DNA of 64,000 nucleotides from an uncultured Acidobacteriota bacterium (GCA_963753035.1 CAVWAW010000010.1:466093-530092); one strand, 5' to 3'. Shown: positions 12,811 through 23,647, counted from the first letter of the stretch. Made by a program: numbers and translations. The notes: generated from the letters alone by a model not told the origin.

Positions 12811-15368
12811 TCACCCGCTCGAATCCTGGGCCTCGAGCTTTTTGTTGATCGCATTCATCCGCCGCTCGATTTCGCGTGCTCTGGCTTCGTCGCCCAGGGC
12901 GCGATTGATCTCCATCAGACCATCGAGATCGTCGGCAACATCGGAGGACTCGGGACCGAAGATCCGCTCATCGATGGCGACGACCCGCTCGAGAAGCTGG
13001 CGGGCGGTCTCGAGGTCACCCAGTTCGGCCCTCGCCGTGGCCAGGTGGTAGAGGGTGAAGGATGTGGAGATGTTCTCGACACCGACACCGGCCCGGATGT
13101 CCGCCGCCCGCTGGAGCGCCACCACCGCCGCATCCGGGTCGCCGGTTTGGAGCTGTCATCAGCCCGTAGTTCGTCAGCGCCTGAGCGACGTAGGGATGAT
13201 CCGGCCCGTAGATCGACCTCCTGTACTTCGAGCGAGCGCTCGAAGTACGGCAACGCCTCGTCGAAGCTTCCGGCGTCGGCATGGACGATGGCGAGGTTTC
13301 CCAGCATGCGGGCGACATCCGGGCTGATTCGGACCATAGACCTTCTCGTAGATCCGCAGCGCCTCGAGGTGGTAGTCCTCGGACCCATCTGTCCCCGCTT
13401 TCGAGTTGAGACGCCGAGATTGGTGAGGACATTGGCGGTCTGGTGATGGTCGTCGCCGAAGAGCCGACGCGAAAGCTCGAGGGCTCGATCCAGATCTTGC
13501 CTCGACGCATCGAACTCGCCTCGATTCATGGCCGCCGAGGACCGGTTGTTGTAGAGCGAAATGAGGCGCTCCTCATCCGGCGGGTCCTCGGCGAGAACCA
13601 GATCGAAGGCCCGGCTGTACAGGGCCATGGCGCGGTCGATCTCACCGAGATCGCCAAGCAACCATCCATAGTTGCCCAGGGTGTCGATGAGGCCATCCCG
13701 ACCGGCGTCACCGAGCGCTTCATATCTGGTGATCGTGTCTTCGTAGATTGCGACGGCTCGATTCGGGTCGCCGAGCTTCTCGTTGACCCGAGCAAGTTGG
13801 TGCAGGGTATCGGCGATCTCGATATCACCGTCATCGAGGTGTTCGCGGCGCAGCTCGAGAGCGCCCTCGATCTGGCTGCGAGAGTCGTCGTAAAGCGCGA
13901 GGCTCATGTAGACCTTGCCGAGGGTGTGCATCAGGCGCGCCTGGGTCAGGGGCTCGTCCGCGAGCTCGTCGCGGACCCGAGCCGCGCCCTCGTCCATGAC
14001 TTCACGAGCGGTGATGGTCTCGCCCGACGGTACTCTCCGGGTTCGAACTGTCGAAGATCCCGATGAGAAAGTCCGATGTCCGGGTCGCGGTTTCCGCCTC
14101 CCGCGCGGCTTCCCGTTCGGCGGCTTCGGCACGCCTGAGATTCCGCTGCGAGTCGGCCCAGAGAAGACCCATCGCGATGCCGAAGGCCACCACCAGGACC
14201 AGTGAAAAAGCGGCGAAGGCGAACGGCCACCGATGGCGCGAAACCATCTTGCGAATCTGGTAGACCGCGCTCGGCGGCCTGGCGAGGATCGGCTGCGATT
14301 CGAGAAACCGGTCGACATCATCGCCCAGGGCCGCCGCCGAAGCATAGCGTCGGTCGGGTTCCTTCTCCAGCGCCTTCCCGGCTATGGTCTCGACATCGGG
14401 GTCGAGGCGCGCGGCTGCCGGTCCATGCCCGGCTCATGGGTTCCGGGCGTTCCTCGCAGATCACCCGAATCGCCTCGACAATGGACGCGCGGCCGACGTC
14501 ATACGGCCGCGAGCCCACCACCAGCTCATACAGGATTACACCGAGGGCATAGACATCGGTTCGGACATCGATGGCCTCGGCATCACCGCGAGCCTGCTCG
14601 GGCGACATGTAGGGCAGAGTTCCCTTGATCATCCCGACCTCGGTGAGCATGGAGGCCGCCTGGACATCGGCGTCGGTCACTCTCGCGAGCCCGAAATCGA
14701 GGATCTTGACCACCGGCACCCCCGCCACCGAGGTGTTCGAGGCTCCCTGATGCGGTCGCGGCGTCGTCGGTGACGAGAATGTTCGACGGTTTGAGATCGC
14801 GGTGGATCACGCCGCGCTGGTGGGCGTAGTGGACCGCCTGACTGATGCTCTGAAAAAGGCGCAGCCGCAGCCGGAGTTCGGCTTCGGTCACGAGGGATGG
14901 CCGGCCCGCGAGCCACCGGTCCAGCGTCCGCCCCTGGACCAACTCCATGGCGAAGAAATCGCGGCCGTCTTCGGTGTGACCGGACTCGTAGATCGCCGCG
15001 ATGTTGGGATGCTTGAGTCGACCGAGCGTCTCGACCTCGCGTTGGAACATCTTGGCGTGCAGCGCATCCACCGCGTGGCTCGATCGCATGACCTTGAGCG
15101 CGACCCGCCTCCTCGGCCGTTCCTGCTCCGCCTCGAAGACCACCCCCATCCCACCCTCACCAAGCTTGCCGACAATCTTGTAGTGGCCGATGCTATCGGG
15201 CACACCTGCCGGCCGGTCGTCCGGCACCGGGGTTCCCGATCCGCTCAGAGTCTCGTCGTCTTCGATGGGGCGGGTGGTCACATCGTGTCCTTCGCCTTGG
15301 ATCGACTGGGTTTGCTCCGTCGCCTCCGCACTGTCATTCGGGTCGTCGGGTCGGTCATTCTCGGCCAT
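12811..15368 (-). CDS. Ser/Thr protein kinase with TM segment and TPR repeats (frameshifted)
   Basis: [39 protein letters not shown]; C-terminal TPR_10/12-like repeats ([16 protein letters not shown]). GGAGG RBS before 15368. Confidence 0.9.
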
Positions 15369-15483
15369 GGGTCTCGCCTCCAGATCGCCGGTCGGCGACG
15401 ATTTCACATCTCTTTATTGAGACAACCTCGCAATAGTACACGAAACCCTCTCCCATATGAGATTTGCGCCGTATCATGCATCA

Positions 15484-16698
15484 ATGACAAAGGAACCCAT
15501 GGAAATCCCCGAGAGATCCGTCCTTGCGAAGCGCTGGCTCCTCGATCCCGAGATCGTGTTTCTCAACCACGGATCATTTGGAGCATGCCCGATCAGAGTT
15601 CTCGAGGCTCAATCCGAGCTACGGGCGCGGATCGAGGCCGAACCGGTGCGGTTCTTCATCCGCGAGCTCCCCGATTTGCTCGATGCAGCCCGTTCGAATC
15701 TCGCCGCGTTTCTAAAGACCGACCCGGACGGCCTCGCCTTTGTGAACAACGCCACCACCGGTGTCAATACCGCATTGGCGGCGATCCCGATGCAAAACGG
15801 CGACGAGATCCTCGTCACCGACCACGGCTACCCCGCGTGCCGCAACGCCGCCGAGGTGATGGCTCGAAGGACCGGTTCCCGCCTGGTCGAGGTCCCATTG
15901 GCCTTCCCTCTCACCTCACCGGATGAGGTGATCGAAACGGTAATCGGAGGTCTGTCGCCCCGCACCCGCGTAGCGATCATCGACCATGTCACCAGCCCGA
16001 CAGGTCTGGTCTTCCCGATTGAGGAACTTGTTGCCGAACTCGAGCACCGGAGCGTCACAGTGATTGTTGATGGAGCACACGCACCGGGAATGCTCGATCT
16101 GGATCTGGCGGCGATCGGCGCGCCGTTCTACGCCGGTAACTGCCACAAGTGGTTGTGCGCGCCGAAGGGCGCGGCGTTTCTCCAGGTCAGAGAGGACTGG
16201 CGGGACAGAACCCATCCCCTGGTGACCAGCCACGGCGCCGGGGCTCCCCTCATCGACCGCAGCCGGTTTCGTCTCGAGTTCGACTGGACCGGCACCGGCG
16301 ATCCGACCCCTTGGTTGACGGTGCCCACGGCCATCGAAACCCTCTCGGCGATGGTTCCCGGCGGCTGGTCCGAGATTCGATCGCGGAATCGAGGGCTGGC
16401 GATCGAGGCGCTGAACCATCTCTGCTCGCACCTGGGCATCGAGCCACCGTGTCCCGGCGGAATGATCGGTTCGATGGCGGCCGTTCCCCTTCTCTCTCGT
16501 CCTTCCGGCAAAGCCCTGCCCACGGGAGGCATGGATCCGCTCCAGGAGCGGCTTTTCGGGTCCTTTTCCATCGAAGTCCCGATCACCATTTGGTCGGACC
16601 CTCGACGCCGGGCGGTTCGGTTTTCGGCTCATCTCTACAACACCATCGAGGAGTTCCGCTACCTCGCGGTCGGCTTGGCGGCAGCCCGGCGTGATTGA
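15484..16698 (+). CDS. Aminotransferase class V PLP enzyme (isopenicillin-N epimerase / Egt2-like lyase)
   Basis: FLNHGSFGACP, NATTGVN, DHVTSPTG, VDGAHAPG, GNCHKWLCAPKG. Confidence 0.88.
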   Translation: MTKEPMEIPERSVLAKRWLLDPEIVFLNHGSFGACPIRVLEAQSELRARIEAEPVRFFIRELPDLLDAARSNLAAFLKTDPDGLAFVNNATTGVNTALAAIPMQNGDEILVTDHGYPACRNAAEVMARRTGSRLVEVPLAFPLTSPDEVIETVIGGLSPRTRVAIIDHVTSPTGLVFPIEELVAELEHRSVTVIVDGAHAPGMLDLDLAAIGAPFYAGNCHKWLCAPKGAAFLQVREDWRDRTHPLVTSHGAGAPLIDRSRFRLEFDWTGTGDPTPWLTVPTAIETLSAMVPGGWSEIRSRNRGLAIEALNHLCSHLGIEPPCPGGMIGSMAAVPLLSRPSGKALPTGGMDPLQERLFGSFSIEVPITIWSDPRRRAVRFSAHLYNTIEEFRYLAVGLAAARRD

Positions 16699-18541
16699 CC
16701 GCGCCCCCGCCATTTTGCCGACGGGGTCCGCAGAGCCCGTCCCCGGAAGCGAGTTGTGTCTGAGAGTCCTCCTTGCCGCCACCGTGGTGATTCCGGCGCT
16801 TTTTTACCGAGTCGCCACCTATCACGGTGAAGTGATAGCCATCCTGTATCGCGAGCCCAAGAAGGACGCCATCAGCATTCTCTGCTGGGCTCTGGTCCTC
16901 GGTGTTTTGTTGCTGTTGGGGAGACGGATCGACAGCCGAAAGCTCTCGGCGTTCATCACCGATCCGGGTGTGATCTCGCTGTCGCTCCTGCTTTTCTATC
17001 TCGGTCTCACCCGGCTGTGGGTCATGGTTCCCCAGAACTGGGCCTATGAGATGTCCCAGTACGCGCTGCTTTTCCTGCTACTCCTGGTCCTGCTCGCGTG
17101 GACGACGATCACACCGACGATCCCGAGATTTGTGCGAAACACCCTCATCCTGAGCATCGGCGTGGTCGCCTGTATCGGTGTCATTCAGGGCTTCGTCCCC
17201 GGGATCGCGCCGGCAGCGATCAACCCCTACGGTGAAGTCGGCAACCCATCCTTGATGGGCTACAAGAACCCGGCGGCACTTTCGGTGCTGGGGCAGATCT
17301 TTATCCTGGCCGGCGCCGCGTTCTCGGTCGAGAAGCAACGAGTTGGACTGAGGAGCCTCCTCGGGGTCCTTTTGGTGGTGGAACTCGTCTACCTGGTGAG
17401 TCTGCAGAGCCGGACCGCCGGTTTCTCGCTCTTCATCGGCGCGCTCGTGCTTGCAGTGCTCTGGCCGCTGTCTTCACGTGGATCGGTCGGCCGGACGATG
17501 GCAGTCCTCGCTGTCGGCACCCTGGTCGTTCTCGGTAGTCTCGCGGTCAACCCCGCAGCGATGGACAAAACGAAGTCGGTCGTCCGCCATCTGGGATCAC
17601 CCCGCGCGTATCTCCAATCCGATCGAGGGACGTATCTGATCAACACCCTCAACATGGTGAAGTACAACCCATTCGGAGTCGGTCTCGGCGATTGGCAGAC
17701 CATGTATCCGGTCTATCGAAAGGTGAACCCCGAAACCGCCTTTGATGAGAGATTTCAGGTCCGGCGCGCCCATTCGGACCACGTCCAGATCCTTGGCGAA
17801 GGAGGCTGGCCGGGCCTCGTCCTGTGGTCGGCGTTCCTGATCGTCGTGGTCGCGCGTACCGCCGTCACCGCAGTGCGCCGACAAGACCCGATCGCTGCCT
17901 TTTTGACAGCTCAGCTCGTGGCGATCGTTGCGGCGATGGGCACGGATTTCTTCACGGAGATTCCGTACAACAAGTTCCAGTTCTTTCTCCTGGTCTTTCT
18001 TGCCGTCAGCATCACCCGCCCGATTCAGCCCGCCACCAGACCGGCAAGCACGCTCGGTCGTGGACCCTGGCTGTTCGTCACCGTCGTCGTTGCGGCGGCA
18101 GCGATGGGGAGCATCGCCGCATCGATTCAGACCGAGACGAAGCTCGTCGCATCAGCGACATCGACGTCTCTCTTCCTCGAAGCCGCGGAACTGGAGGGCA
18201 ATCCAGACGTGGCTTCGGTTCTCCTCGTCGACGCGACGACGATCGGCGAGACCTGGACACACCGATACGGCCATTGGAAATCCCTCTTTCGCGACCACCT
18301 CGCACTGGCCCGGACCGCGGCGTTCACCGGACACATTCGACTCGCACGTGAAGAGGCCAAGGAAAGCCTCCGCCTGTATCCGTTCAACTCCCAGGGCCTG
18401 CGCCTCATGACCGAACTCAGCTCTGACCCGGAGGAGGCCGCTCTCTGGGAAATCGCTCTTCGCCACGTCGAGCAGTCACCGGGAATCGGCTTCAGAGTCC
18501 ACCACCCACTTGGTGAAGGCTACTCGGACATGGCACACTGA
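16691..18541 (+). CDS. O-antigen ligase (Wzy_C) family membrane protein
   Basis: About 12 TMs; SRTA, NPFGVGLG, RAHSDHVQILGEGG. Confidence 0.75.
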   Translation: MIDRAPAILPTGSAEPVPGSELCLRVLLAATVVIPALFYRVATYHGEVIAILYREPKKDAISILCWALVLGVLLLLGRRIDSRKLSAFITDPGVISLSLLLFYLGLTRLWVMVPQNWAYEMSQYALLFLLLLVLLAWTTITPTIPRFVRNTLILSIGVVACIGVIQGFVPGIAPAAINPYGEVGNPSLMGYKNPAALSVLGQIFILAGAAFSVEKQRVGLRSLLGVLLVVELVYLVSLQSRTAGFSLFIGALVLAVLWPLSSRGSVGRTMAVLAVGTLVVLGSLAVNPAAMDKTKSVVRHLGSPRAYLQSDRGTYLINTLNMVKYNPFGVGLGDWQTMYPVYRKVNPETAFDERFQVRRAHSDHVQILGEGGWPGLVLWSAFLIVVVARTAVTAVRRQDPIAAFLTAQLVAIVAAMGTDFFTEIPYNKFQFFLLVFLAVSITRPIQPATRPASTLGRGPWLFVTVVVAAAAMGSIAASIQTETKLVASATSTSLFLEAAELEGNPDVASVLLVDATTIGETWTHRYGHWKSLFRDHLALARTAAFTGHIRLAREEAKESLRLYPFNSQGLRLMTELSSDPEEAALWEIALRHVEQSPGIGFRVHHPLGEGYSDMAH

Positions 18542-18609
18542 CACCACTGAAATCGAAACGGCCCGGTTTTTGAGAATCGGACCATGAATATTTGCGGGGA
18601 GTTTCAAGC

Positions 18610-19956
18610 ATGCTTGACGATCCGGGACCACATTCTCGCGACGCGGCGCGCGCACATAAGGGCGGCGGATCACGAATCCGCAAGCTGACCAAGACCCTCG
18701 TCGTGTGTTTGGCTTTCGCGCTCCCAGCTTCGGGGAGCATCCTGATGATGGTCGACGCCATCTTCAACGGTCAGGGCGACGTGCAGGGTCTCCGCGGCGC
18801 GAGCGCAGCGGCGATCAGCAGCGATGGAACCAACGTCTATGTCGTCGGCGCCCTCGACGATGCGGTTGTCGTTTTTGAAAGGGATCCCGAAACCGGCGCG
18901 CTGAATTTTCTGGAATACCACCAGGACGGCGTCGACGGGGTCGAGAACCTGAGAAGTCCATCGGACATCGCCGTGAGCCCCGACGGCCGGCATGTTTACG
19001 TGACCTCCGAGCTCGATGACTCGCTCGGTGTGTTCAGAAGGGTCAGTTTCGGGCGCCTCGGTTTTGTCAGGTCCTACGTGTCATACGTCGATGGCATCTG
19101 GGGTATCGGCGGAGCATCCGCGGTGACGGTCAGCCCCGATGGGACGCTGGTCTTCGTCACCGGGAGGTTCGAGGATTCTCTTGCCGTTTTCAGCCGCAGC
19201 GCAACATCCGACGATCTGGTCCTGAGCGATGTCGAATCCTCGTACTACGGTTCCCCGGGGTTGACCGGAGCCTCCGATGTTGCGGTTTCCCCCGATGGCC
19301 GGCACGTCTATACGACCGGGGAGATCGACGATGCCATCACAATCTTCGCCAAGGACCCGACCCAGGATGCCATCGCCTTCGTGGATTGGCTTCCCAACGG
19401 CGTCAATGGGGTCACCGGCCTCAGCGGGGCCTCGAGCATCACCCTCGACAAAACCGGCGCCTTTGCCTTCGCCACCGGCAGGTGGAGCGACGCCCTGGCG
19501 GTGTTCTCTCGTGAGAGCAGCACCGGCCTGCTCTATCCCGAGACGGTCTACAGCAACAGCCAGGCCGGCATAGAGGGTCTCGCAGGCGCGTCCGACGTCA
19601 CTCTCGATGTCTCCTCGGAACTCGTATGCGTGACCGGCTCCACCGATGATTCCATCGTGCTCTTCCAACGAGCGTCGGATTCACCCGAACTCCGATTCAC
19701 CGAACTGCTGCAGAACGGTACGGGGTTCGTCGAAGGGCTCAACGGCGCGAGTTCGATCGCCGCGAGCAGGGATGGACACCATCTCTATGTGACCGGCGCC
19801 TATGACGATTCCATCGTGACGGTTGCGACCCTGAGCAATCTCTTCTTTGACGGTTTCGAGTCCGGCGATGCCTTCCGCTGGGCGGAGACGATACCCATGC
19901 TCGAGGGGGATGGTCCACCGAGAGAAACTGGTGAACAACCGCTGGTTCAGCAATAG
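18610..19956 (+). CDS. Secreted beta-propeller (lactonase-like) repeat protein with FFDGFESGD motif
   Basis: Signal peptide; seven repeats of GL.GA..V.VSPDG..VY......DA..VF.R. Confidence 0.85.
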   Translation: MLDDPGPHSRDAARAHKGGGSRIRKLTKTLVVCLAFALPASGSILMMVDAIFNGQGDVQGLRGASAAAISSDGTNVYVVGALDDAVVVFERDPETGALNFLEYHQDGVDGVENLRSPSDIAVSPDGRHVYVTSELDDSLGVFRRVSFGRLGFVRSYVSYVDGIWGIGGASAVTVSPDGTLVFVTGRFEDSLAVFSRSATSDDLVLSDVESSYYGSPGLTGASDVAVSPDGRHVYTTGEIDDAITIFAKDPTQDAIAFVDWLPNGVNGVTGLSGASSITLDKTGAFAFATGRWSDALAVFSRESSTGLLYPETVYSNSQAGIEGLAGASDVTLDVSSELVCVTGSTDDSIVLFQRASDSPELRFTELLQNGTGFVEGLNGASSIAASRDGHHLYVTGAYDDSIVTVATLSNLFFDGFESGDAFRWAETIPMLEGDGPPRETGEQPLVQQ

Positions 19957-20081
19957 ACCCTCTCCGTCCGAAAGCCGTTTGCCGGTAGTTCATCCTCAAA
20001 CTGATTTCGGCAATTCCCGCGCACCCCGCTCTGATTCATCGAGGTTGCCGTCCGCGTCGCTCCGTGATTGAATGACTGCGA

Positions 20082-20942
20082 ATGAGCGGCGTCATCGACA
20101 AGATTGCACTCCTCGGCAGAGAGTTCACCATCCAGACCGAGTTGATTCCCGGCGAAGAGGTCAGAATTCGGACACTCGTCTACGATGGCGGACGGCTGGT
20201 GACGAGCCGCGAAATTCCCCTCGACCCGGCGTTGACCACCGACGACCAGATCGAAGCCAAGGTCCGAAACCAACACAAGTTGATCACCGACACCCTGGTC
20301 AAACGCGCAATCGAGCTGCAGGAGAGCAGGAGTGGAGAGGCTGCGCGACCCGCCGCCGCCCCTCCTGCCCCGAAACCGGATCGAGCCGCTCCAACGGGAA
20401 CACCCCGACCCGAGATCGAGCCCGGTTCACGTCTCGAAATCGCCATCGCTCTTCGCAAGACCATCGGCCCATTCGGACTCGCGTTCGCCCACCCGGCGCC
20501 GACAACCGCGTCCGGCTACGACACCGCGCTCGAGGAGGTCGAGGCCGCCATCGACATCATCATGAAGTCGCCGGTCTACGAGCATGTCCGACTCGACGAG
20601 CAGCTCACCATGATTGCCATTCGCGGCCAACTCGCCACCTGGCGCCTGGCCGAAAAGGACCTCACCACGGCGACCGAGATCTGGCCGAGCATCGAGGGTT
20701 TCGCCTACCATCAACAGAAAATCAGCGATCGGCGCGAACTGGTCACCTTTGACCACAAGATGCTGACCTGGTCCATGAGTCAGCTCGGCAAGGGCACCAT
20801 CACGGACGAACTCGTGGACGGTCTCTCGCACCTCGCCGGGCGAGACGCCGAACTCGACGCCTTCCTCGCCAATCCCGAGAGCCTGGATCAAATGGGATTG
20901 CTCGAGATCCTGCTCCGGCTCATCGACCAGACCCTGGCGTAA
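20082..20942 (+). CDS. Hypothetical protein
   Basis: 286-aa ORF with GC-typical codon usage and a Pro/Ala linker between two domains. Confidence 0.75.
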   Translation: MSGVIDKIALLGREFTIQTELIPGEEVRIRTLVYDGGRLVTSREIPLDPALTTDDQIEAKVRNQHKLITDTLVKRAIELQESRSGEAARPAAAPPAPKPDRAAPTGTPRPEIEPGSRLEIAIALRKTIGPFGLAFAHPAPTTASGYDTALEEVEAAIDIIMKSPVYEHVRLDEQLTMIAIRGQLATWRLAEKDLTTATEIWPSIEGFAYHQQKISDRRELVTFDHKMLTWSMSQLGKGTITDELVDGLSHLAGRDAELDAFLANPESLDQMGLLEILLRLIDQTLA

Positions 20943-20972
20943 ACGGTCCGTTTCGGGGTCCCTTGACGAACC

Positions 20973-21401
20973 TCAGTTGACGAGGCCCTCATCGAAATCG
21001 AAACCCGGAAACTCCCCCCATCGGCGACATTCCTCCGGCGGCGGGTACGGACCGAGTGAGATCTGGCTCAGCTTCCCACCGATCACGTCGAACAGGACCG
21101 TCGCGAGCAGCAAACCGTCCTGTTCGATCAGCGCACAGGGTCTCCCCGGTGTGCCCACCGACGCTCCGGGGGTCTCGCCGATCTCGACTCGAACGACCGT
21201 CCCGGCGGATTCAAAGGTCGCGAACTTTGACTTCAGGTAGCCGAGATACCCATCCCGACCCACGAGGTCGTTGACCACCCACCGCGACATCACCCGCACA
21301 TCCTCCGCGAGGATCGGCGCCAACACCGATGGATCGTGGGTGTTGAACGCGCGCGCCCAGGCAAGGGCGGCGTCGCGTTCGGTGAGGGCGAACACGGTCA
21401 T
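20973..21401 (-). CDS. SnoaL/NTF2-like protein
   Basis: WARAFNTHDPSVLAPILAEDV...LVGRDGYLGYL; ATG at 21401. The upstream ORF extension runs into repeats. Confidence 0.65.
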   Translation of the reverse strand: MTVFALTERDAALAWARAFNTHDPSVLAPILAEDVRVMSRWVVNDLVGRDGYLGYLKSKFATFESAGTVVRVEIGETPGASVGTPGRPCALIEQDGLLLATVLFDVIGGKLSQISLGPYPPPEECRRWGEFPGFDFDEGLVN

Positions 21402-21419
21402 GGTCCATTGTCGCCGATC

Positions 21420-23647
21420 TCCCGGCTTCCGTGCCCGTTTCCGTGCCCGTGCCCGTGCCCGCACCAGGACACGCGGAAAACCGCGCCCATCGGGGTGCCG
21501 GGCATGGCTTTGTGCCAGAAGAACCTCACGGCGACGCGTCCCACTCCGCACAAGGTCCATGCCGGGCTCCCCCGGGACGCGCGATGCGGTCAGCTCTTCC
21601 GACTACGAGGTAGGCCGCCGGCGCGTCATCGGCGTGGTCGCAGCCCTCTCAATCAACCCACGCGCGACCACGCCGATGGTGCGACGCTGGGCCACCGGGA
21701 CGCCAATGCGTCACAGCGGCCCAGAAGGCCGGTGATGAGGAACACAGGAACCGCGACCGCATCCGGAGCAGTATCCGTGACCGTGACCGTGACCGCGTCC
21801 CGGCGCGCGATCGTCGACAGCCAGGATGGCTGTCGCTACACCACCCAGAACGGCCCCTGTGTAGCGATAGGCTTCCAGCCTGTCGACGGCAGTGGCAGAA
21901 GCCGACCCGGGCACGCGGAAAACCCCGCCCCATCGGGGTGCCGGGTCCGTTTTTGTGCAGGAGCGACCTCCCGACTACGCCTCGCCTCGCGCACAAAATG
22001 CGGACCGGGCTCCCCCGGGGAGCGCGATGCGGTCTGCTCTACCGGCGACGAGGCAGGCCGCCGGCGCGCCATCGGCGGGGTCGCAGCCCTCCCCGCAACC
22101 CCGCGCGACCACGCCGATGGTGCGACGCTGGGCCGCCGGGACGCCAAAGCGTCACGGCGGCCCAGAAGGCCGGTGCTGTGGGCATGGTCCGGAACAACGG
22201 CAGCGACCGGGACAGGGGCCGTGTCCATATCCGTAAGCGCATAGAACCAACCCGCGTCGGTACACCACCATCGCCGGCGGGACGCCGGCGCGTAGCAAGC
22301 GATCGCAGCGACCCCCTCGTCGGGCGCCGGGTACGCCATTGTGCTGGAACCGCCATCCGGCTCCGCCACCGCGCCCCGCACAATCGGCGCTACCGGGCTC
22401 CCTCGGGTACGCGCGATTGCAGGTCAGATCTTCCGGCTACGAGGCAGGCCGCCGGCGCGCCATCGGCGGGGTCGCAGCCCTTCCACATCAACCTCCGAGC
22501 GACACGCCGATGGTGCGACGCTGGGCCGCTGGGGACGCCAAAGCGTCACGGCGGCCCAGAAGGCCGGTGCTGGAGGAACACAGGAACCGCGACCGCATCC
22601 GGAGCAGTATCCGTGACCGTGACCGTGACCGCGTCCCGGCGCGCGATCGTCGACAGCCAGGATGGCTGTCGCTACACCACCCAGAACGGCCCCTGTGTAG
22701 CGATAGGCTTCCAGCCTGTCGACGGCAGTGGCAGAAGCCGACCCGGGCACGCGGAAAACCCCGCCCCATCGGGGTGCCGGGTCCGTTTTTGTGCAGGAGC
22801 GACCTCCCGACTACGCCTCGCCTCGCGCACAAAATGCGGACCGGGCTCCCCCGGGGAGCGCGATGCGGTCTACTCTACCGGCGACGAGGCAGGCCGCCGG
22901 CGCGCCATCGGCGTGGTCGCAGCCCTTCCAATCAACCCACGCGCGACCACGCCGATGGTGCGACGCTGGGTCGCCGGGACGCCAATGCGTCACGGCGGCC
23001 CAGAAGGCCGGCGCTGTGGGCATGGTCCGGAACAACGGCAGCGACCGGGACAGGGGCCGTATCCGTATCCGTGGGCGATAAAACCAACCCGCATCGGTAC
23101 ACCACCATCGCCGGCGGGACGCCGGCGCTACAAGCATCGCAGCGCTCCTTGTAGCGCCCACGTCTCGTAGGCGATAGAACCAACCCGCATCGGTACACCA
23201 CCATCGCCGGCGGGTACGCTGACGCCAACGACGATGGCAGCTCTCCTTGCACCCCCGACGCGATCCGTGGGCGATGGAACCATACGCCGCAGTCGGTACG
23301 CCACCATCGCCGGCGGGACGCCGGCGCTACGAAGCATCGCAGCGCCTCTTGTAGCGCCCACGTCTCGTGGGCGATGAACGAACCCGCGTCGGTACACCAC
23401 CATCGCCGGCGGGACGCCGGCGCTACAAGCATCGCAGCGCTCCTTGTAGCGCCCACGTCTCGTGGGCGATTGAACCAACCCGCGTCGGTACACCAACATC
23501 GCCGGCGGGACGCCGGCGCTACAACCATCGCAGCGCCCCTTGTAGCGCCCACGTCTCGTGGGCGATGGAACCAACCCGCATCGGCGCTCCCCCGGGACGC
23601 GCGATGAGGTCTGCTCTACCGGCACAGAGGTAGGCCGCCGGCGCGCT
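21420..23647 (+). repeat. 2.2-kb composite non-coding repeat array: ~270-nt copies C (21463-21732), D (21902-22173), E (22311-22567), F (22738-23011), partial (23585-23647), REP pairs and hexamer linkers
   Basis: Direct comparison of copies; a block from about 21730-22230 recurs 836 bp downstream. Confidence 0.9.
23082..23580. repeat. Tandem array of five ~96-bp REP-pair units (BIME/REPIN-like)
   Basis: Unit starts at 23082, 23178, ~23278, 23377, 23473 and 23569. Units carry gccggcgggacgccggcgCTAC and GTAGcgcccacgtctcgtgggcg; unit 2 is degenerate. Confidence 0.85.

Noticed and set aside
21271-23552. Long overlapping ORFs (e.g. 21938..23170, 21336..22244, also 8312..9271) as proteins
   Set aside because: They are translations of GC-rich palindromic repeats, are open in several frames on both strands, and show no protein motifs.
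23082-23580. CRISPR array
   Set aside because: The whole 96-bp unit is repeated, with no unique spacers and no cas genes in the window.
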